64,000 nucleotides of DNA, taken from NCBI GenBank assembly GCA_963750165.1, contig CAVVPN010000004.1, positions 160,001 through 224,000 of the forward strand, in the 5' to 3' direction. The notes under the pieces are model-generated. The model worked only from the letters and a program-made list of their open reading frames with translations, was not told the DNA's origin and did not search any database. Source of the DNA: an uncultured Gemmataceae bacterium. GTDB lineage: Bacteria > Planctomycetota > Planctomycetia > Gemmatales > Gemmataceae. Of this stretch, positions 1 to 9,507 are shown piece by piece. Position 1 is the first letter of the stretch; each line of letters starts with the position of its first letter. The position numbers and the translations under genes were made by a program.

Positions 1-595
1 TGGCGGGCTTGAACGGCAGCTTGCCCGGCATGGCGCCCACCGCCGCGACCGCGCCGAGGGCCGGCGGCGGGAAACCGGGCATGCCGGGCGGTCCCATCAT
101 GGGCATCCCGGGGCCGGGGCTGGCGCCAGGCATCCCAGGCATCCCGGGCATCCCAGGCATCCCGGGCATCCCGGGCATCCCAGGCGGTCCCATCATGGGC
201 ATGCCGGGCATCCCGGGCATGGCCGGCATGTTGGGCGGCGACAGCAGACCGCCGGGCGGCACTGACATCGCCGGCGCCCCTCCGGGGCCGGCCGGGATCT
301 GGGCGGACACCCGCTGCAGGCCGCTGGGCGTGTTGATCTGCACCATCTCCAGCGGTATGCTGTTCATCATCATGGACCGGGCGACCTTGTCGCTGTACGG
401 CCCTTGCGGCACCTGGTACGGTGATACCATCGGCACGCCCTGGCCCCAGGGACCGACGGCGCCCGGGATCATCGGCGGCCCGCCGTAACGGGGCGGGGGG
501 GCGGCCATCGGTGGACCGGCGTCCGGTCCGCCGCCGGCAGACATGCAGCCGTTGCCGGCCGCCAGGAGCATCAAGACGCCCGCGATTCGTTTCAT
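1..595 (-). CDS. Pro/Gly/Met-rich putative lipoprotein, runs off the window edge (partial)
   Basis: Manual translation from ATG at 595 gives MKRIAGVLMLLAAGNGC (signal peptide plus Cys), then Pro-rich sequence with (PGM)n repeats. There is no stop before base 1, so the ORF track omits it. Confidence 0.75.
   Translation of the reverse strand, partial: MKRIAGVLMLLAAGNGCMSAGGGPDAGPPMAAPPPRYGGPPMIPGAVGPWGQGVPMVSPYQVPQGPYSDKVARSMMMNSIPLEMVQINTPSGLQRVSAQIPAGPGGAPAMSVPPGGLLSPPNMPAMPGMPGMPMMGPPGMPGMPGMPGMPGMPGMPGASPGPGMPMMGPPGMPGFPPPALGAVAAVGAMPGKLPFKPA
126..185. repeat. 9-bp tandem repeat CC(A/G)GGCATC encoding (PGM)n on the minus strand
   Basis: About 6 tandem copies read directly, with further copies at ~196-222. 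Confidence 0.85.
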
Positions 596-775
596 GGAAC
601 CGTCCCCCTCGCCTACCCCACGAGGCTTCGTTGTCCCGGTTTGCCGGAAACCCGCCGCTCCCCCGCGGCGCGAGCCCGGGGCGGCCGGGACCATTCGTCT
701 TTATCCCCGGGTGACCTAACGCTATACTCGACCGCCTTTCGGATCGAACTTTCGTCAAATCCGGAACCGGTTCTC

Positions 776-1607
776 ATGACGCGGTACTCTCTTTGGCTGG
801 CGCCCCTGGTGTGCGGAGTCGTGTTGCTGCTGACCGGCGCGCTCGACCGCAAGCCGGCGCCCGTGTTGCCGCCGCCCGTCACCGACCTCGGGCCGTTGCC
901 TGACGGGCGCGACGCCCTTCAGCTGCTCGCCGCGGCCGGCGCCGCCTACAACCCGCAGCGCGTGCCGTGGCAGCGGATCGACCTGTGGCAGCGTGTGCGA
1001 ACCGACGGCGGCCACCACGAGGTCCGCGGCCGCTACCTGACCGCGCCCGGCTGCCGGCTGCGCCTGGAGCTGGAAGTGCAGGTGGGCAAGACCCGCGCCG
1101 CGGTGCAGCTGGTCAGCGACGGCCAGCGGCTGTGGCAGCGGCAGGGCATTGGCGGTGACGAACCGACCGTGACGCAGGCTGGAGCTGCCCACGCTGCCGA
1201 AGGATCACCCCGACCCCGCCGCCTTCCCGGCGCAGCGCGAGCGCTACCTGCACGAGCAGAGTTTCGGCGTCTCGACGTTACTGCGGCTGCTGCGCGGCGG
1301 CGGCCAGGGCTGGCAGGGCAAGCTGGCGAAATGGGAAGGGGTGGAAGTGCTGCACCTGAGTGCGACTTGGCCGGCGGCTGAGCCGATGAGTCTGCCGCCG
1401 GTAGAGGGGCTGCGGCCGCCGCCACAGGCCCGCCGCGTCTGTGTTTTCCTCGACCCGCGGACAATGTGGCCGCGGCGCGTCGAGTGGTGGGGCGAGACGG
1501 CCGAGGGCGACCCAGTGACGTTGGCGGAACTGGAGTTTCGTACGCCGGTGCTGAATCAGCCGCTGTCCGCGGCGGAGTGCCGGCAAGCGTTTACGTTTGT
1601 GCCGTGA
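776..1607 (+). CDS. Exported hypothetical protein, possibly LolA-like fold; +1 frameshift near 1178
   Basis: N-terminal hydrophobic segment MTRYSLWLAPLVCGVVLLL. High-GC3 coding continues in the next frame (LELPTLPKDHPDP...) and joins ORF 1341..1607 ending ...AECRQAFTFVP. Confidence 0.6.
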
Positions 1608-1639
1608 ACGCCATATTACCCCGGCAGCTAACATCGTCA

Positions 1640-1669
1640 CGTAGGACGGCTCTCCAAAGCCGTCCTACG
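1640..1669. repeat. REP-like hairpin CGTAGGACGGCT-N6-AGCCGTCCTACG
   Basis: Perfect 12-bp inverted repeat with a GTAG end, lying between convergent genes. Confidence 0.7.
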
Positions 1670-1704
1670 CGTTGAAGGCGTCGGCGTCAAACTATTTCTC
1701 CGCT

Positions 1705-3102
1705 TCAAATCCTTACGAAAATCTTGTTGCGGTACAGCCACAAGCACATCAGCCAGAACGTCAGCCCATACGCCAGCGCCTGCAGCACCGGCTCCCACAG
1801 CGGCCCCGCCGCCAGGAAAATCCGCGACCCGAGATGCACCTGCCAGGTGTGTGTCGCCCACGGCTTCAGCAGCTGGCCCATGCAGTAAATCGCCAGCGAG
1901 TTGACACCGACCACCACCAGCGGCCACGTCCAGCGCCGCCACTCCAGCACGTCCACGACGCCGTACAGCGCCGCCAGAATCAGACAGCACCAGCCCGTCG
2001 AGAACAGCGCCCACGACGGCGTCCAGATACGCTTCACCAGCGGACAGACGCCCGTCAGGTTCAGCACCTGGCCCACCACCAGCCCGGCGACGCCCGCGAG
2101 CAGCAGGATTTGCAGCTTGTGCCGCGCCGACCGCGGCCCGCGCAGCAGTCGGCCGCACATCAGGCCAAACAGCATCGTCGCCAGCGACGGCACGAAGTTG
2201 ATCGTCTGATAGCCGCCGTTGTTGAACGCGAACCGCTGCGGCGCCGGCAGCGTGTTCAGCACGAACAGCGCCGAGTCCGTCGGCAGCACCCGCTCGACCA
2301 CCCAGGCGAAGCCGTCCCATACGTGGACCGGCATGTTCAGCAGCACCAGGTCGAGTTCGTGGCCGACGTTGGCATTCTTCTGCCAGGCGGGGGCCACGCC
2401 GGTCAGGTAACCTTTCTCGACCCACTCCGGCTTGATGCCGAGGGTCGGGTCGCCGTGGACCGGGTCAATGCCCGCGCTGGGGTAGCTGGCGTACAGCAGC
2501 CAGGTGCCGAGCAGCAGCAGCGCCGCCACCACGACCTGGACGCGGAAGGAGTGCTTCCACAGCAGGTACAGCGCCGGATAGCCCAGGCCAATCTGCGTCA
2601 GCACGTTCATGAGCGACCAGTTCGTGGAGCGGTCGAAGTTGGAGATCAGGAAGATGCCGAGGACCACCAGCAGGAACGACCGCCACAGCACATGGCCGAA
2701 CAGTTTGGCCTCGGACTGGCCGGACTGGCGGCGCTTGCTGAATGAGAACGCTGCGGCGACGCCGACCATGAACATGAACGACGGCTGAATCAAATCCCAG
2801 AAGCCGCAGCCGACCCATTCGACGTGATCGAATTGATGGTGGACCGCCTGCCAGACGGGAGCCGAGCCCGCGCCGGCGTCCAGGTGACGCTTCGCCGTCG
2901 CGGCCAGGCCGAAGCCGTTGAACGCCAGCGCCACCATGATGAGGCCACGGTACACGTCCAGCGACTGCAGCCGTTGTTTCAGGAACTCCGGCTTCGCCTC
3001 GGGCGGGGCCGCCGGCTGGGGTTGCGCTTCGGCGACCGGCGCCAGTGGGGCGGAAGGTGGGCTGAGCAGAGCGGCGCCGTTGTGTGGGGTGTCTTGTCCC
3101 AT
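1705..3102 (-). CDS. HGSNAT/NagX (DUF5009-like) family membrane acyltransferase
   Basis: Motifs RLQSLDVYRGL, WDLIQPSFMFMVG, NVLTQIGLGY, PLVKRIWTPSW and GVNSLAIY; multiple TM segments. Confidence 0.85.
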   Translation of the reverse strand: MGQDTPHNGAALLSPPSAPLAPVAEAQPQPAAPPEAKPEFLKQRLQSLDVYRGLIMVALAFNGFGLAATAKRHLDAGAGSAPVWQAVHHQFDHVEWVGCGFWDLIQPSFMFMVGVAAAFSFSKRRQSGQSEAKLFGHVLWRSFLLVVLGIFLISNFDRSTNWSLMNVLTQIGLGYPALYLLWKHSFRVQVVVAALLLLGTWLLYASYPSAGIDPVHGDPTLGIKPEWVEKGYLTGVAPAWQKNANVGHELDLVLLNMPVHVWDGFAWVVERVLPTDSALFVLNTLPAPQRFAFNNGGYQTINFVPSLATMLFGLMCGRLLRGPRSARHKLQILLLAGVAGLVVGQVLNLTGVCPLVKRIWTPSWALFSTGWCCLILAALYGVVDVLEWRRWTWPLVVVGVNSLAIYCMGQLLKPWATHTWQVHLGSRIFLAAGPLWEPVLQALAYGLTFWLMCLWLYRNKIFVRI

Positions 3103-3117
3103 GTATGGCCTCCTCGC

Positions 3118-4065
3118 TTACTTCGCCGGCATGTGCAAATAGACCGCCGGGTGCATCGTGTACAGCCGATAGCCCTTGCCGTCATGCACCAGGATACCGC
3201 TCGACTTGTTCTCCGCCACCGGCTGCAGCGGATTGTTCGGGTACTTCTCCCAGTTCAGCAAATCCGTGGACGTGGCGACCGCCGTGCTCCACTGCCGCGC
3301 GTTCGGCCCCTCCCTGGCCGTGCCGTGATAGTAGGCGTAGTAGCGACCCTTGTGCTTGATGATCTGGTTGAGCGCGATCAGGTCGCGGTCGTAGGCGCCC
3401 GGTCCCGGCTTCAGCACCGGCTCGTCCTGCACGTTCCGCCACACCTTCAGATCCTTTGAAGTCGCCAGCCAGACGCCCAGGTCGCGGCGCTCGTAAAAGA
3501 GATACCAGGTGTCTTTTTCCTTCCAGGCGGTCGGCGTGCCGTAGGGGCCGGGCGGGATTTTCTCGCCGTTCTTGAGCCGCACATCCAGCTGGCCGACGCG
3601 CTTCCAGGCGACGCCGTCGTCCGAGACGAGCAACTGGGCCAGGTCGTCCTTGCCCTCGGCGAACATGTAATACTTGCCGCCGTCCTTGACGATCATCATG
3701 TCCTCGACCCAGTGGTCCTTGTAAATCGGGTTCTTCGGGTGGCGCGTCCACTTGATGCCGTCCGGTGACGTGGCGTAGCCGAGCATGCACTGGCCGGTCT
3801 TCGTGCCGTCGTAGCCGGTGTACCAGAGTTTGTACTGGCCGTTCTCGATCAGGATCCAGCCGCGCTCGCGGATTTTCTGGTCCCAGGCGCCCTTGGGGCC
3901 GGCCGTGAACACCGGCGCCTTTTGGTACGGCTTGAACCGGACCAGTTCGGGCGGGAATTTTTCGCCCTGGGGCTGCCGGGCGGGGGCGAGGGAAAGCAAG
4001 AACGCCGACCCCAGCAGGGCGGCGGCGAGCGCCCGGAAACGGCGGCTCGTGCTCCGTGGCTTCAT
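3118..4065 (-). CDS. Exported five-bladed beta-propeller glycosidase-like protein (GH32/GH43/GH130-related)
   Basis: Signal peptide; repeated YKLWYTG..GYATSPDGIKW, WVEDM and AVATSTDLLNWEKYPNNP motifs. Confidence 0.75.
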   Translation of the reverse strand: MKPRSTSRRFRALAAALLGSAFLLSLAPARQPQGEKFPPELVRFKPYQKAPVFTAGPKGAWDQKIRERGWILIENGQYKLWYTGYDGTKTGQCMLGYATSPDGIKWTRHPKNPIYKDHWVEDMMIVKDGGKYYMFAEGKDDLAQLLVSDDGVAWKRVGQLDVRLKNGEKIPPGPYGTPTAWKEKDTWYLFYERRDLGVWLATSKDLKVWRNVQDEPVLKPGPGAYDRDLIALNQIIKHKGRYYAYYHGTAREGPNARQWSTAVATSTDLLNWEKYPNNPLQPVAENKSSGILVHDGKGYRLYTMHPAVYLHMPAK

Positions 4066-4135
4066 GCGGACCTCGGTACGGGGGTGGCGACGGTTTCGCA
4101 CCATCATACCACGCTGGCCGGGGCAAGGGGCAACA

Positions 4136-4193
4136 AACGTGAACGACCGGAGGGCGCGCAAGTTGGCTTGCGCGCCCTCCGGTCGTTCACGTT
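4136..4193. repeat. Long palindrome (27-bp perfect stem), REP-like or terminator
   Basis: AACGTGAACGACCGGAGGGCGCGCAAG-TTGG-CTTGCGCGCCCTCCGGTCGTTCACGTT, just downstream of the fliA stop. Confidence 0.8.
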
Positions 4194-4211
4194 CCTGGCT
4201 CGCTTTTCAGT

Positions 4212-4989
4212 TCAGGTACTGAACTCCGGCCGCCGTTTCGCCAGCTGGGCCTGCAACCGGGCGACGATGCTGGAGTGCATCTGACTGACGCGCGACTCGC
4301 TCAGATCGAGCGTGGCGCCGATCTCCTTCATCGTCATGTCCTCGTAGTAGTACAGGATGATGATGAGGCGTTCGTTGCGGTTCAGGCCGCGCGTCACCAG
4401 CCGCATCAGGTCGCGGTTTTGCAACCGGTGGGTCGGATCCTCAGCCTTTTTGTCCTCCAGGATGTCGATCTCGCGGACATCCTTGTAGCTGTCGGTCTCG
4501 TACCACTTCTTGTTGAGGCTGACGAGGCCGACGGCGGTGGCATCTCCGGCCATTTTTTCAAACTCCTCCAGGCTGACGCCGAGCCGAACCGCCATCTCGT
4601 CGGCGGTCGGCGGCCGGCCCAGTTCCGCCTCCAGCGCTCTTGCGCGACTCCTCCAACCGGGTGTGCTTGCTGCGCACCAGGCGCGGCACCCAGTCCATGG
4701 TGCGCAGTTCGTCGAGCATGGCACCGCGGATGCGCGGCACGCAGTAGGTCTCGAACTTGACGCCGCGCTCCAGGTCAAAGGCGTCGATGGCGTCCATGAG
4801 GCCGAACACCCCCGCGGAAATCAGATCATCAAGATCCACCCCTTCCGGCAGCCGGGCCCAGATGCGCTCGGCGTTGTATTTGACCAGCGGCAAGTACAGC
4901 TCGACGAGCTGATTGCGTAACTCAATGGACGGCTCGGCGCGATAGTCGCGCCAGAGTTGCTGGACGTCCACGTCAACGTGTGTCACCAT
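4212..4989 (-). CDS. fliA: FliA/WhiG family RNA polymerase sigma factor; +1 frameshift near 4640
   Basis: One frame has DDLISAGVFGLMDAIDAFD..GVKFETYC..RIRGAMLDELR..DWVPR. The next has LYYYEDMTMKEIGATLDLSESRVSQMHS (region 4). GGAGG RBS lies upstream of ATG 4989. Confidence 0.9.
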
Positions 4990-5701
4990 TGCCATCCTCC
5001 CTGATGTTCGGCAAGCGGTGTCGCGGTCGTCCCGAAGCATCGGCTGAGGTGCGCACCCCGAACCGGCGCCGCCCGCCGGGCGTGGCGTGCGGGACAACAG
5101 ATCCGCGTCCGTCCGTCAGGCTGCTGGCTGCGGCGCGGCGGGCCGCCTGGTTCCCCAAACCAGGGCCGGCTGACGCGCCCCCGACCGGACGCCGCGAACA
5201 ACCAGGGCGCCCCACCGGGCCGAGGTCCCCCCCTCGACACGGCGGCGCACGGCGGGCGTGGGCCCGTGCCGGCGCGCGCTGACTGCATGTGCGGCTCGCT
5301 GGATCGACCTGACCAACCGCTTACCTAACCCCGTCCTTGGAGTGCCGCCCGTTTGCCGAACCGTCCCTGTCCCGCGGACAGAACCTGGCCCGGCGCTTCC
5401 CCCGGCGGCCGCGACCGACTGGGCAATCGCTTCGCTCCGGTTTTATCGACCGACCTCCTCTTCGCGCTGGAGAAAAATCAGTGAATTCCAGTCCGGTTCC
5501 CTGCAATCCGCCCTGGGCATGGACCGCCGCAGTGCTCCCCCGAGCACTCCGATGGAAAGGGTGATCCCCCGCTGGGGTCGTCGCACCGGCACAATTGGCG
5601 AAAAGTGGAAGACGGCCTATACCCGCCCTTCCAGGAGGTGTCCAGAGGAGATTTCCTCATTTCCTTATGGGTGTGCCTTGCCTTTGGATTTTGGCATTTG
5701 C

Positions 5702-5771
5702 GGGCGAGCGGCGCGGCGTCCGCCCGCCGGTGCTTGGAAGTACCGGCGGGCGGACGCCGCGCCGCTCGCCC
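5702..5771. repeat. REP-like palindrome, family GGCGAGCGGCGCGGCGTC
   Basis: Long inverted repeat; near-identical arms recur at 9021..9084. Confidence 0.8.
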
Positions 5772-5901
5772 AATTCCAGAGGCACACCGGGCAAATCATC
5801 GCGGGTGATTCATCGAAGTTTGACGGTCCCGTCTGCCGATGAGGCAGCAGAGGATTCGTTCTCGACCAGCGCCCGCTCGGTCCAGCTACAGGGAGGTTTG
5901 A

Positions 5902-6126
5902 ATGATGGCCCCGCACCTGCGCCTGTTCACCGCCGCCGAGGCCGGCCCTGCCGACACGCCCGCGCCCACCGTACGCATCAGCCTTCGCGACATGCTGCCG
6001 CTCATTGCCCTGGCCCAGCGCCACAACTATCTTTGGCTTCAGGATTTTCTTGATGACGAGGTGTGCGTCACGGAGGATCTGTACGACATTCTGCGCGCCT
6101 TCCGCGCGTACCGGCCCTCCGCGTGA
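5902..6126 (+). CDS. Small hypothetical protein (74 aa)
   Basis: GGAGG RBS, high-GC3 codons, protein-like sequence (NYLWLQDFLDDEVCVTEDLY). Confidence 0.7.
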   Translation: MMAPHLRLFTAAEAGPADTPAPTVRISLRDMLPLIALAQRHNYLWLQDFLDDEVCVTEDLYDILRAFRAYRPSA

Positions 6127-6176
6127 CGACCGCGCCGCGGCCGGCCCCCTGCGAGTCGTTCGGTGGGTTGGCATGC

Positions 6177-6953
6177 ATGGGCGCGAAACTGAAAGAACTG
6201 CTGCGGCAGGGCCAGCTGACACGGGTTATGGGCCTGGGCCAGCTGTGCGACCCCAAACTGATCGAGATGATCGGTCACACCGGCTTCTGGGATGCGGTGT
6301 GGCTCGACCAGGAGCACGTCGGCCTGACGGTGCCGCAGATCGAGCACGCCGCTCGCGCCGCCCGTCTGACCGGTCTGGATTCCTTCGTCCGCCTCAACGC
6401 CACAGACTATGCGGTTACCATGCAGTGCCTGGAGGCCGGCGCCGGCGGCGTCATGGCCGCCCAGGTCCGCAGCCAGCGCGAAACCCAGGATGTCGTGCGC
6501 TGGAGCAAGTTCCACCCCGAGGGCCAGCGCGGCGTCAACGGCACCGGCGCCGACGGCCGTTACGGCACCCTGCCCCTGCTCGACTACTTCGCCCGCGCCA
6601 ACGCGGACACCTTCGTCGCCATCCAGATCGAGAACGTGGAAGGGCTCCAGGACGTGGAGCGCATCGCGGCGGTGCCGCACGTCGATGTGCTGTTCATCGG
6701 CCCGGCGGACCTCAGCCAATCGATGGGCATCCCCGGTGAGTGGGAGCACCCGCGCTTGTGGGCCGCGTTCGAGCGCGTGGCCGCGGCGTGCCGGGCGAAC
6801 CACCGCCACTGGGCGATTCTGCCGATGAATGTGGACTTCGTGCGCCGCTGCGTGGCGCTGGGCTGCCGGATGCTGTCGCTGGGCATCGACATGTGGGTGA
6901 TCCAGCGCGGCCTGCGCGCCTTCCAGGATGATTACGCTGCCGTCACCCTGTAA
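6177..6953 (+). CDS. HpcH/HpaI aldolase/citrate lyase family protein
   Basis: Motifs WLDQEH, KFHPEGQRG, IQIEN and VLFIGPADLSQSMG. Confidence 0.9.
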   Translation: MGAKLKELLRQGQLTRVMGLGQLCDPKLIEMIGHTGFWDAVWLDQEHVGLTVPQIEHAARAARLTGLDSFVRLNATDYAVTMQCLEAGAGGVMAAQVRSQRETQDVVRWSKFHPEGQRGVNGTGADGRYGTLPLLDYFARANADTFVAIQIENVEGLQDVERIAAVPHVDVLFIGPADLSQSMGIPGEWEHPRLWAAFERVAAACRANHRHWAILPMNVDFVRRCVALGCRMLSLGIDMWVIQRGLRAFQDDYAAVTL

Positions 6954-6984
6954 CGGTTCGGCGCCCAGCCGCCCAGCCCGGATG

Positions 6985-7057
6985 ATTCACCGCGGAGCGC
7001 GCAGAGAACACACAAAAGAGCATCCACAGATGACACAGATGCACGCAGATAAAGACC
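6985..7057. repeat. Degenerate short tandem repeat (CACAGAT/CGCAGA-type) intergenic element
   Basis: TTCACCGCGGAGCGCGCAGAG...CCACAGATGACACAGATGCACGCAGAT between convergent genes. Confidence 0.5.
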
Positions 7058-7116
7058 TTTGAACTCGGTCTTCTCGCTGCGTTCTCTGCAAGATTAACTT
7101 GACTAATACTCCCATC

Positions 7117-7677
7117 CTAAACTATCAGGCCAAGGGCAATCAAGATCAACAGGGCCGCCAGACAGGCGTAGGCCGCAGCCACACTCACCCGGCCCCGCGC
7201 CGGCCCCAGGCCGAAGTGCGGCCCCTGGCGGTGCCACAGCCACAGGCCCACCGGGACCATTACCACACCGAAGCCCCACAGGCACCATGCCGGCGAGCCA
7301 TGCCGCAGCATCACGCCAGCGTCCCCCAACCGATCAAACGAACCGGCCGCGATGTAGGCGCCGTTGGCGATCAGGCAGAAGCCGGCGAAGAACCGTAGCA
7401 GGTATGCCCAGCGCCAGCGCAGGACCGCGGCCATTCCCCAGGCCGCCAGCGGTAGCACACAGCCCAGGACCGGACCGGCCCAGACGACCAGCAGCGGGCT
7501 GGGGTCGCGGGCCAGGTCGGTGCGCGAAATCGTCAGCGGATGCAGGACCACGCGGGCCACCTGGCCGCCCGTCAGCCACGCCGCCGCGACGTGGCCGAAC
7601 TCGTGGACGGCTTGCATACCGAACCAGGAGGCCAGCAGGGTGGAGAGGATCAGTATAACCTGGTGCAGCCGCTTCAT
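7117..7677 (-). CDS. M50-like membrane metallopeptidase family protein
   Basis: HEFGH zinc motif within a hydrophobic segment, WAGP motif, multiple TMs, GGAGG RBS. Confidence 0.7.
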   Translation of the reverse strand: MKRLHQVILILSTLLASWFGMQAVHEFGHVAAAWLTGGQVARVVLHPLTISRTDLARDPSPLLVVWAGPVLGCVLPLAAWGMAAVLRWRWAYLLRFFAGFCLIANGAYIAAGSFDRLGDAGVMLRHGSPAWCLWGFGVVMVPVGLWLWHRQGPHFGLGPARGRVSVAAAYACLAALLILIALGLIV

Positions 7678-7804
7678 CCTGCCTCCGCGTGGAAATGACA
7701 ACCGATCCGGATTAGTTTACAGTGAGGAGGGCGAGTGCGTCCGGGGCCGATCCGTGAGACGACACGGAGCGCGGAGGCACCGCCCGCACGAGGGAGACAC
7801 CATC

Positions 7805-8137
7805 ATGGCGGTCATCATCACCCTGCCGCTGTTCGGCAAACCGGGCTACGAACTCGGCGAGGGCGTCGAGGTCAGCGGCGAACAGGTCCGGCAACTGGGC
7901 CGCGAACTGGCCGAGCGCCTCGACACCGTGGCCGGACTGCTCGACAAGCTGACGGCCGCGGGCTGGGACGCCCAGACCGGACTGTACGACGTGATGCTGA
8001 GTCACCCGTTCCTGCGCACCGAGGCGGAGGCCCGCACGCAACTGGACGGGCTCGGCATCGACCCCGAGGAGGTTTCGCTCGACGAGTTCGAGGATGAGGA
8101 CGAGGAACCGGAGATGGATGAGCCCGAGGAGGTGTGA
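7805..8137 (+). CDS. Small acidic hypothetical protein
   Basis: GGGAG RBS, high GC3, acidic C-terminus EFEDEDEEPEMDEPEEV. Confidence 0.7.
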   Translation: MAVIITLPLFGKPGYELGEGVEVSGEQVRQLGRELAERLDTVAGLLDKLTAAGWDAQTGLYDVMLSHPFLRTEAEARTQLDGLGIDPEEVSLDEFEDEDEEPEMDEPEEV

Positions 8138-8306
8138 GGACGACGAACCCGGTTGCTCGATGGGGCACTTTATCGTTGCCGGCAGCGCGGGACCGCAGGA
8201 CAATGGCAGAGGTTGACCGTCCGCTTTGACGATGCCGGCCCGCGGGCATGAGCCTGCCTGTCCCAGAGCCGGCACGCCCTACCACACCAGGGGAAAGGAG
8301 CTACCA

Positions 8307-8717
8307 ATGCGCCTCGTCTGTTTCGCGGCGGCCGTCCTCACCCTCACCGTCCCGACCAGCGCCGGCACGCAGCAGCGCGACAAGGCCGCCCACCTGAACG
8401 GCAAGTGGCACTGCCTGCGGATCGAGTCGATCAACGGCAGCCAAGCCGCCAACTTCTATTTGAAAATCGAGGGCACCAAGGCGTCCTGGTCGGCGCCTAA
8501 CCAGACAGCCCTGACTGCCACCGGTAGCGCAACCATCGACCCGGACGCCAATCCGCCGCGCATGGACATCACGCCGGAGTACGGCATCTACCGCCTGGAC
8601 GCCGACACGCTGGTCCTTTGTCTCTGGCCGAACGCGAAGGATCGGCAAACCACCTTCGACCTGTCCAAACAGAACCCGCCGGGCCGGGTGCTCACTTACC
8701 GTCGGGTCAAGGAATGA
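8307..8717 (+). CDS. TIGR03067-type Planctomycete exported protein
   Basis: Signal peptide, then LNGKW..., TIDPDANPPRMDI, GIYRLDADTLVLC and C-terminal LTYRR. Confidence 0.75.
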   Translation: MRLVCFAAAVLTLTVPTSAGTQQRDKAAHLNGKWHCLRIESINGSQAANFYLKIEGTKASWSAPNQTALTATGSATIDPDANPPRMDITPEYGIYRLDADTLVLCLWPNAKDRQTTFDLSKQNPPGRVLTYRRVKE

Positions 8718-8752
8718 TTGCAGGTTGGAAAGAGGGGGAGAATGGAAAGAAA

Positions 8753-8784
8753 AACAGAGTCAGGCAATATTGCCCGACTCTGTT
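8753..8784 (-). terminator. Rho-independent terminator downstream of tRNA-fMet
   Basis: Minus strand reads AACAGAGTCGGGCAATATTGCCTGACTCTGTT, followed by TTTCTTT. Confidence 0.75.
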
Positions 8785-8787
8785 CAG

Positions 8788-8859
8788 TTGCGGCGGCCGG
8801 ATTTGAACCGACGACCTCCAGGTTATGAGCCTGGCGAGCTACCACTGCTCCACGCCGCG
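8788..8859 (-). tRNA. tRNA-Met(CAT), initiator type (fMet); CCA not encoded
   Basis: CGCGGCGTGGAGCAGTGGTAGCTCGCCAGGCTCATAACCTGGAGGTCGTCGGTTCAAATCCGGCCGCCGCAA: cloverleaf, CAT anticodon, C1:A72 mismatch, GGTTCAAATCC T-arm. Confidence 0.95.
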
Positions 8860-8926
8860 CCTTGGGTGAGTCACTCGCTTCGAGATTCCCTTTACGGTTT
8901 TCACGGAGGAGTGACTCTACACTGCT

Positions 8927-8954
8927 ATTATACCCTCGATTCGGGTTCCAGGAA
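8927..8954 (-). promoter_or_regulatory. Putative sigma70 promoter of the tRNA
   Basis: Minus strand TTCCTG-N16-TATAAT, about 70 bp upstream of the tRNA. Confidence 0.5.
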
Positions 8955-9020
8955 CAGTCCACTCAAAATAATTTCTTTTTCGTTCCGACAAAGGTCTGCC
9001 GCAGGAATTTGGCATTCCCA

Positions 9021-9084
9021 GGCGAGCGGCGCGGCGTCAGCCCGCCGGTGCCGGCACCGGCGGGCTGACGCCGCGCCGCTCGCC
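9021..9084. repeat. REP-like palindrome (same family as 5702..5771)
   Basis: GGCGAGCGGCGCGGCGTCAGCCCGCCGGTGCC/GGCACCGGCGGGCTGACGCCGCGCCGCTCGCC perfect palindrome. Confidence 0.85.
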
Positions 9085-9177
9085 AAAATCCTGCGGCACA
9101 TCGTTCCGACAACCTTTGCACTGACAGCTTTCAATCAATTCATATTGTGCCCAGCCATTTCAAAGGAGGGCTGGCTC

Positions 9178-9507
9178 ATGCGAACGTTGTTCAGCGGGCT
9201 TCTGGTCTGCGCTGGGCTCTGGGCAATTTGCGGCTGCGGAACGCTCCTCGAAACGGTTGATCGTGAATCCAGAGAAGGTCGCGGCAGCCCCCCTGCGGTT
9301 TACGCTGGGGTTCAATTTGATGCACGGGTTCTCGCCGCAACCCCCGAGCTTCTCCAACGCCCGGATGAGAATCCGGCGCTGATAGCCCTGTGTGCTGCCT
9401 TCTGGCTGTTTGACTTGCCAGTCTCGGCTATCGTAGACACCCTGGCTCTACCATTCTCTCTCAGTGCCGCCGCCGGTCGGGTGGAAAAAGGCGGCGCGGT
9501 TCAATAA
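9178..9507 (+). CDS. YceK/YidQ family lipoprotein
   Basis: Lipobox-like ICGCGT, VYAGVQFD and FDLPVSAIVDTLALPF motifs; GGAGG RBS; visibly lower GC3 than neighbours. Confidence 0.8.
   Translation: MRTLFSGLLVCAGLWAICGCGTLLETVDRESREGRGSPPAVYAGVQFDARVLAATPELLQRPDENPALIALCAAFWLFDLPVSAIVDTLALPFSLSAAAGRVEKGGAVQ

Noticed and set aside
9..488. Plus-strand ORF with (GIP)n repeats
   Set aside because: Antisense shadow of the minus-strand lipoprotein, which has a proper ATG and signal peptide.
4630..4650. Programmed ribosomal frameshift in fliA or panC
   Set aside because: No slippery heptamer is evident, and similar one-base breaks are scattered through unrelated genes.
5290..5400. Possible c-di-GMP-I riboswitch upstream of fliA
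   Set aside because: A hairpin followed by GGACG and a GGCAAAC are present, but their order and spacing do not fit the consensus. It cannot be supported without an Infernal search.
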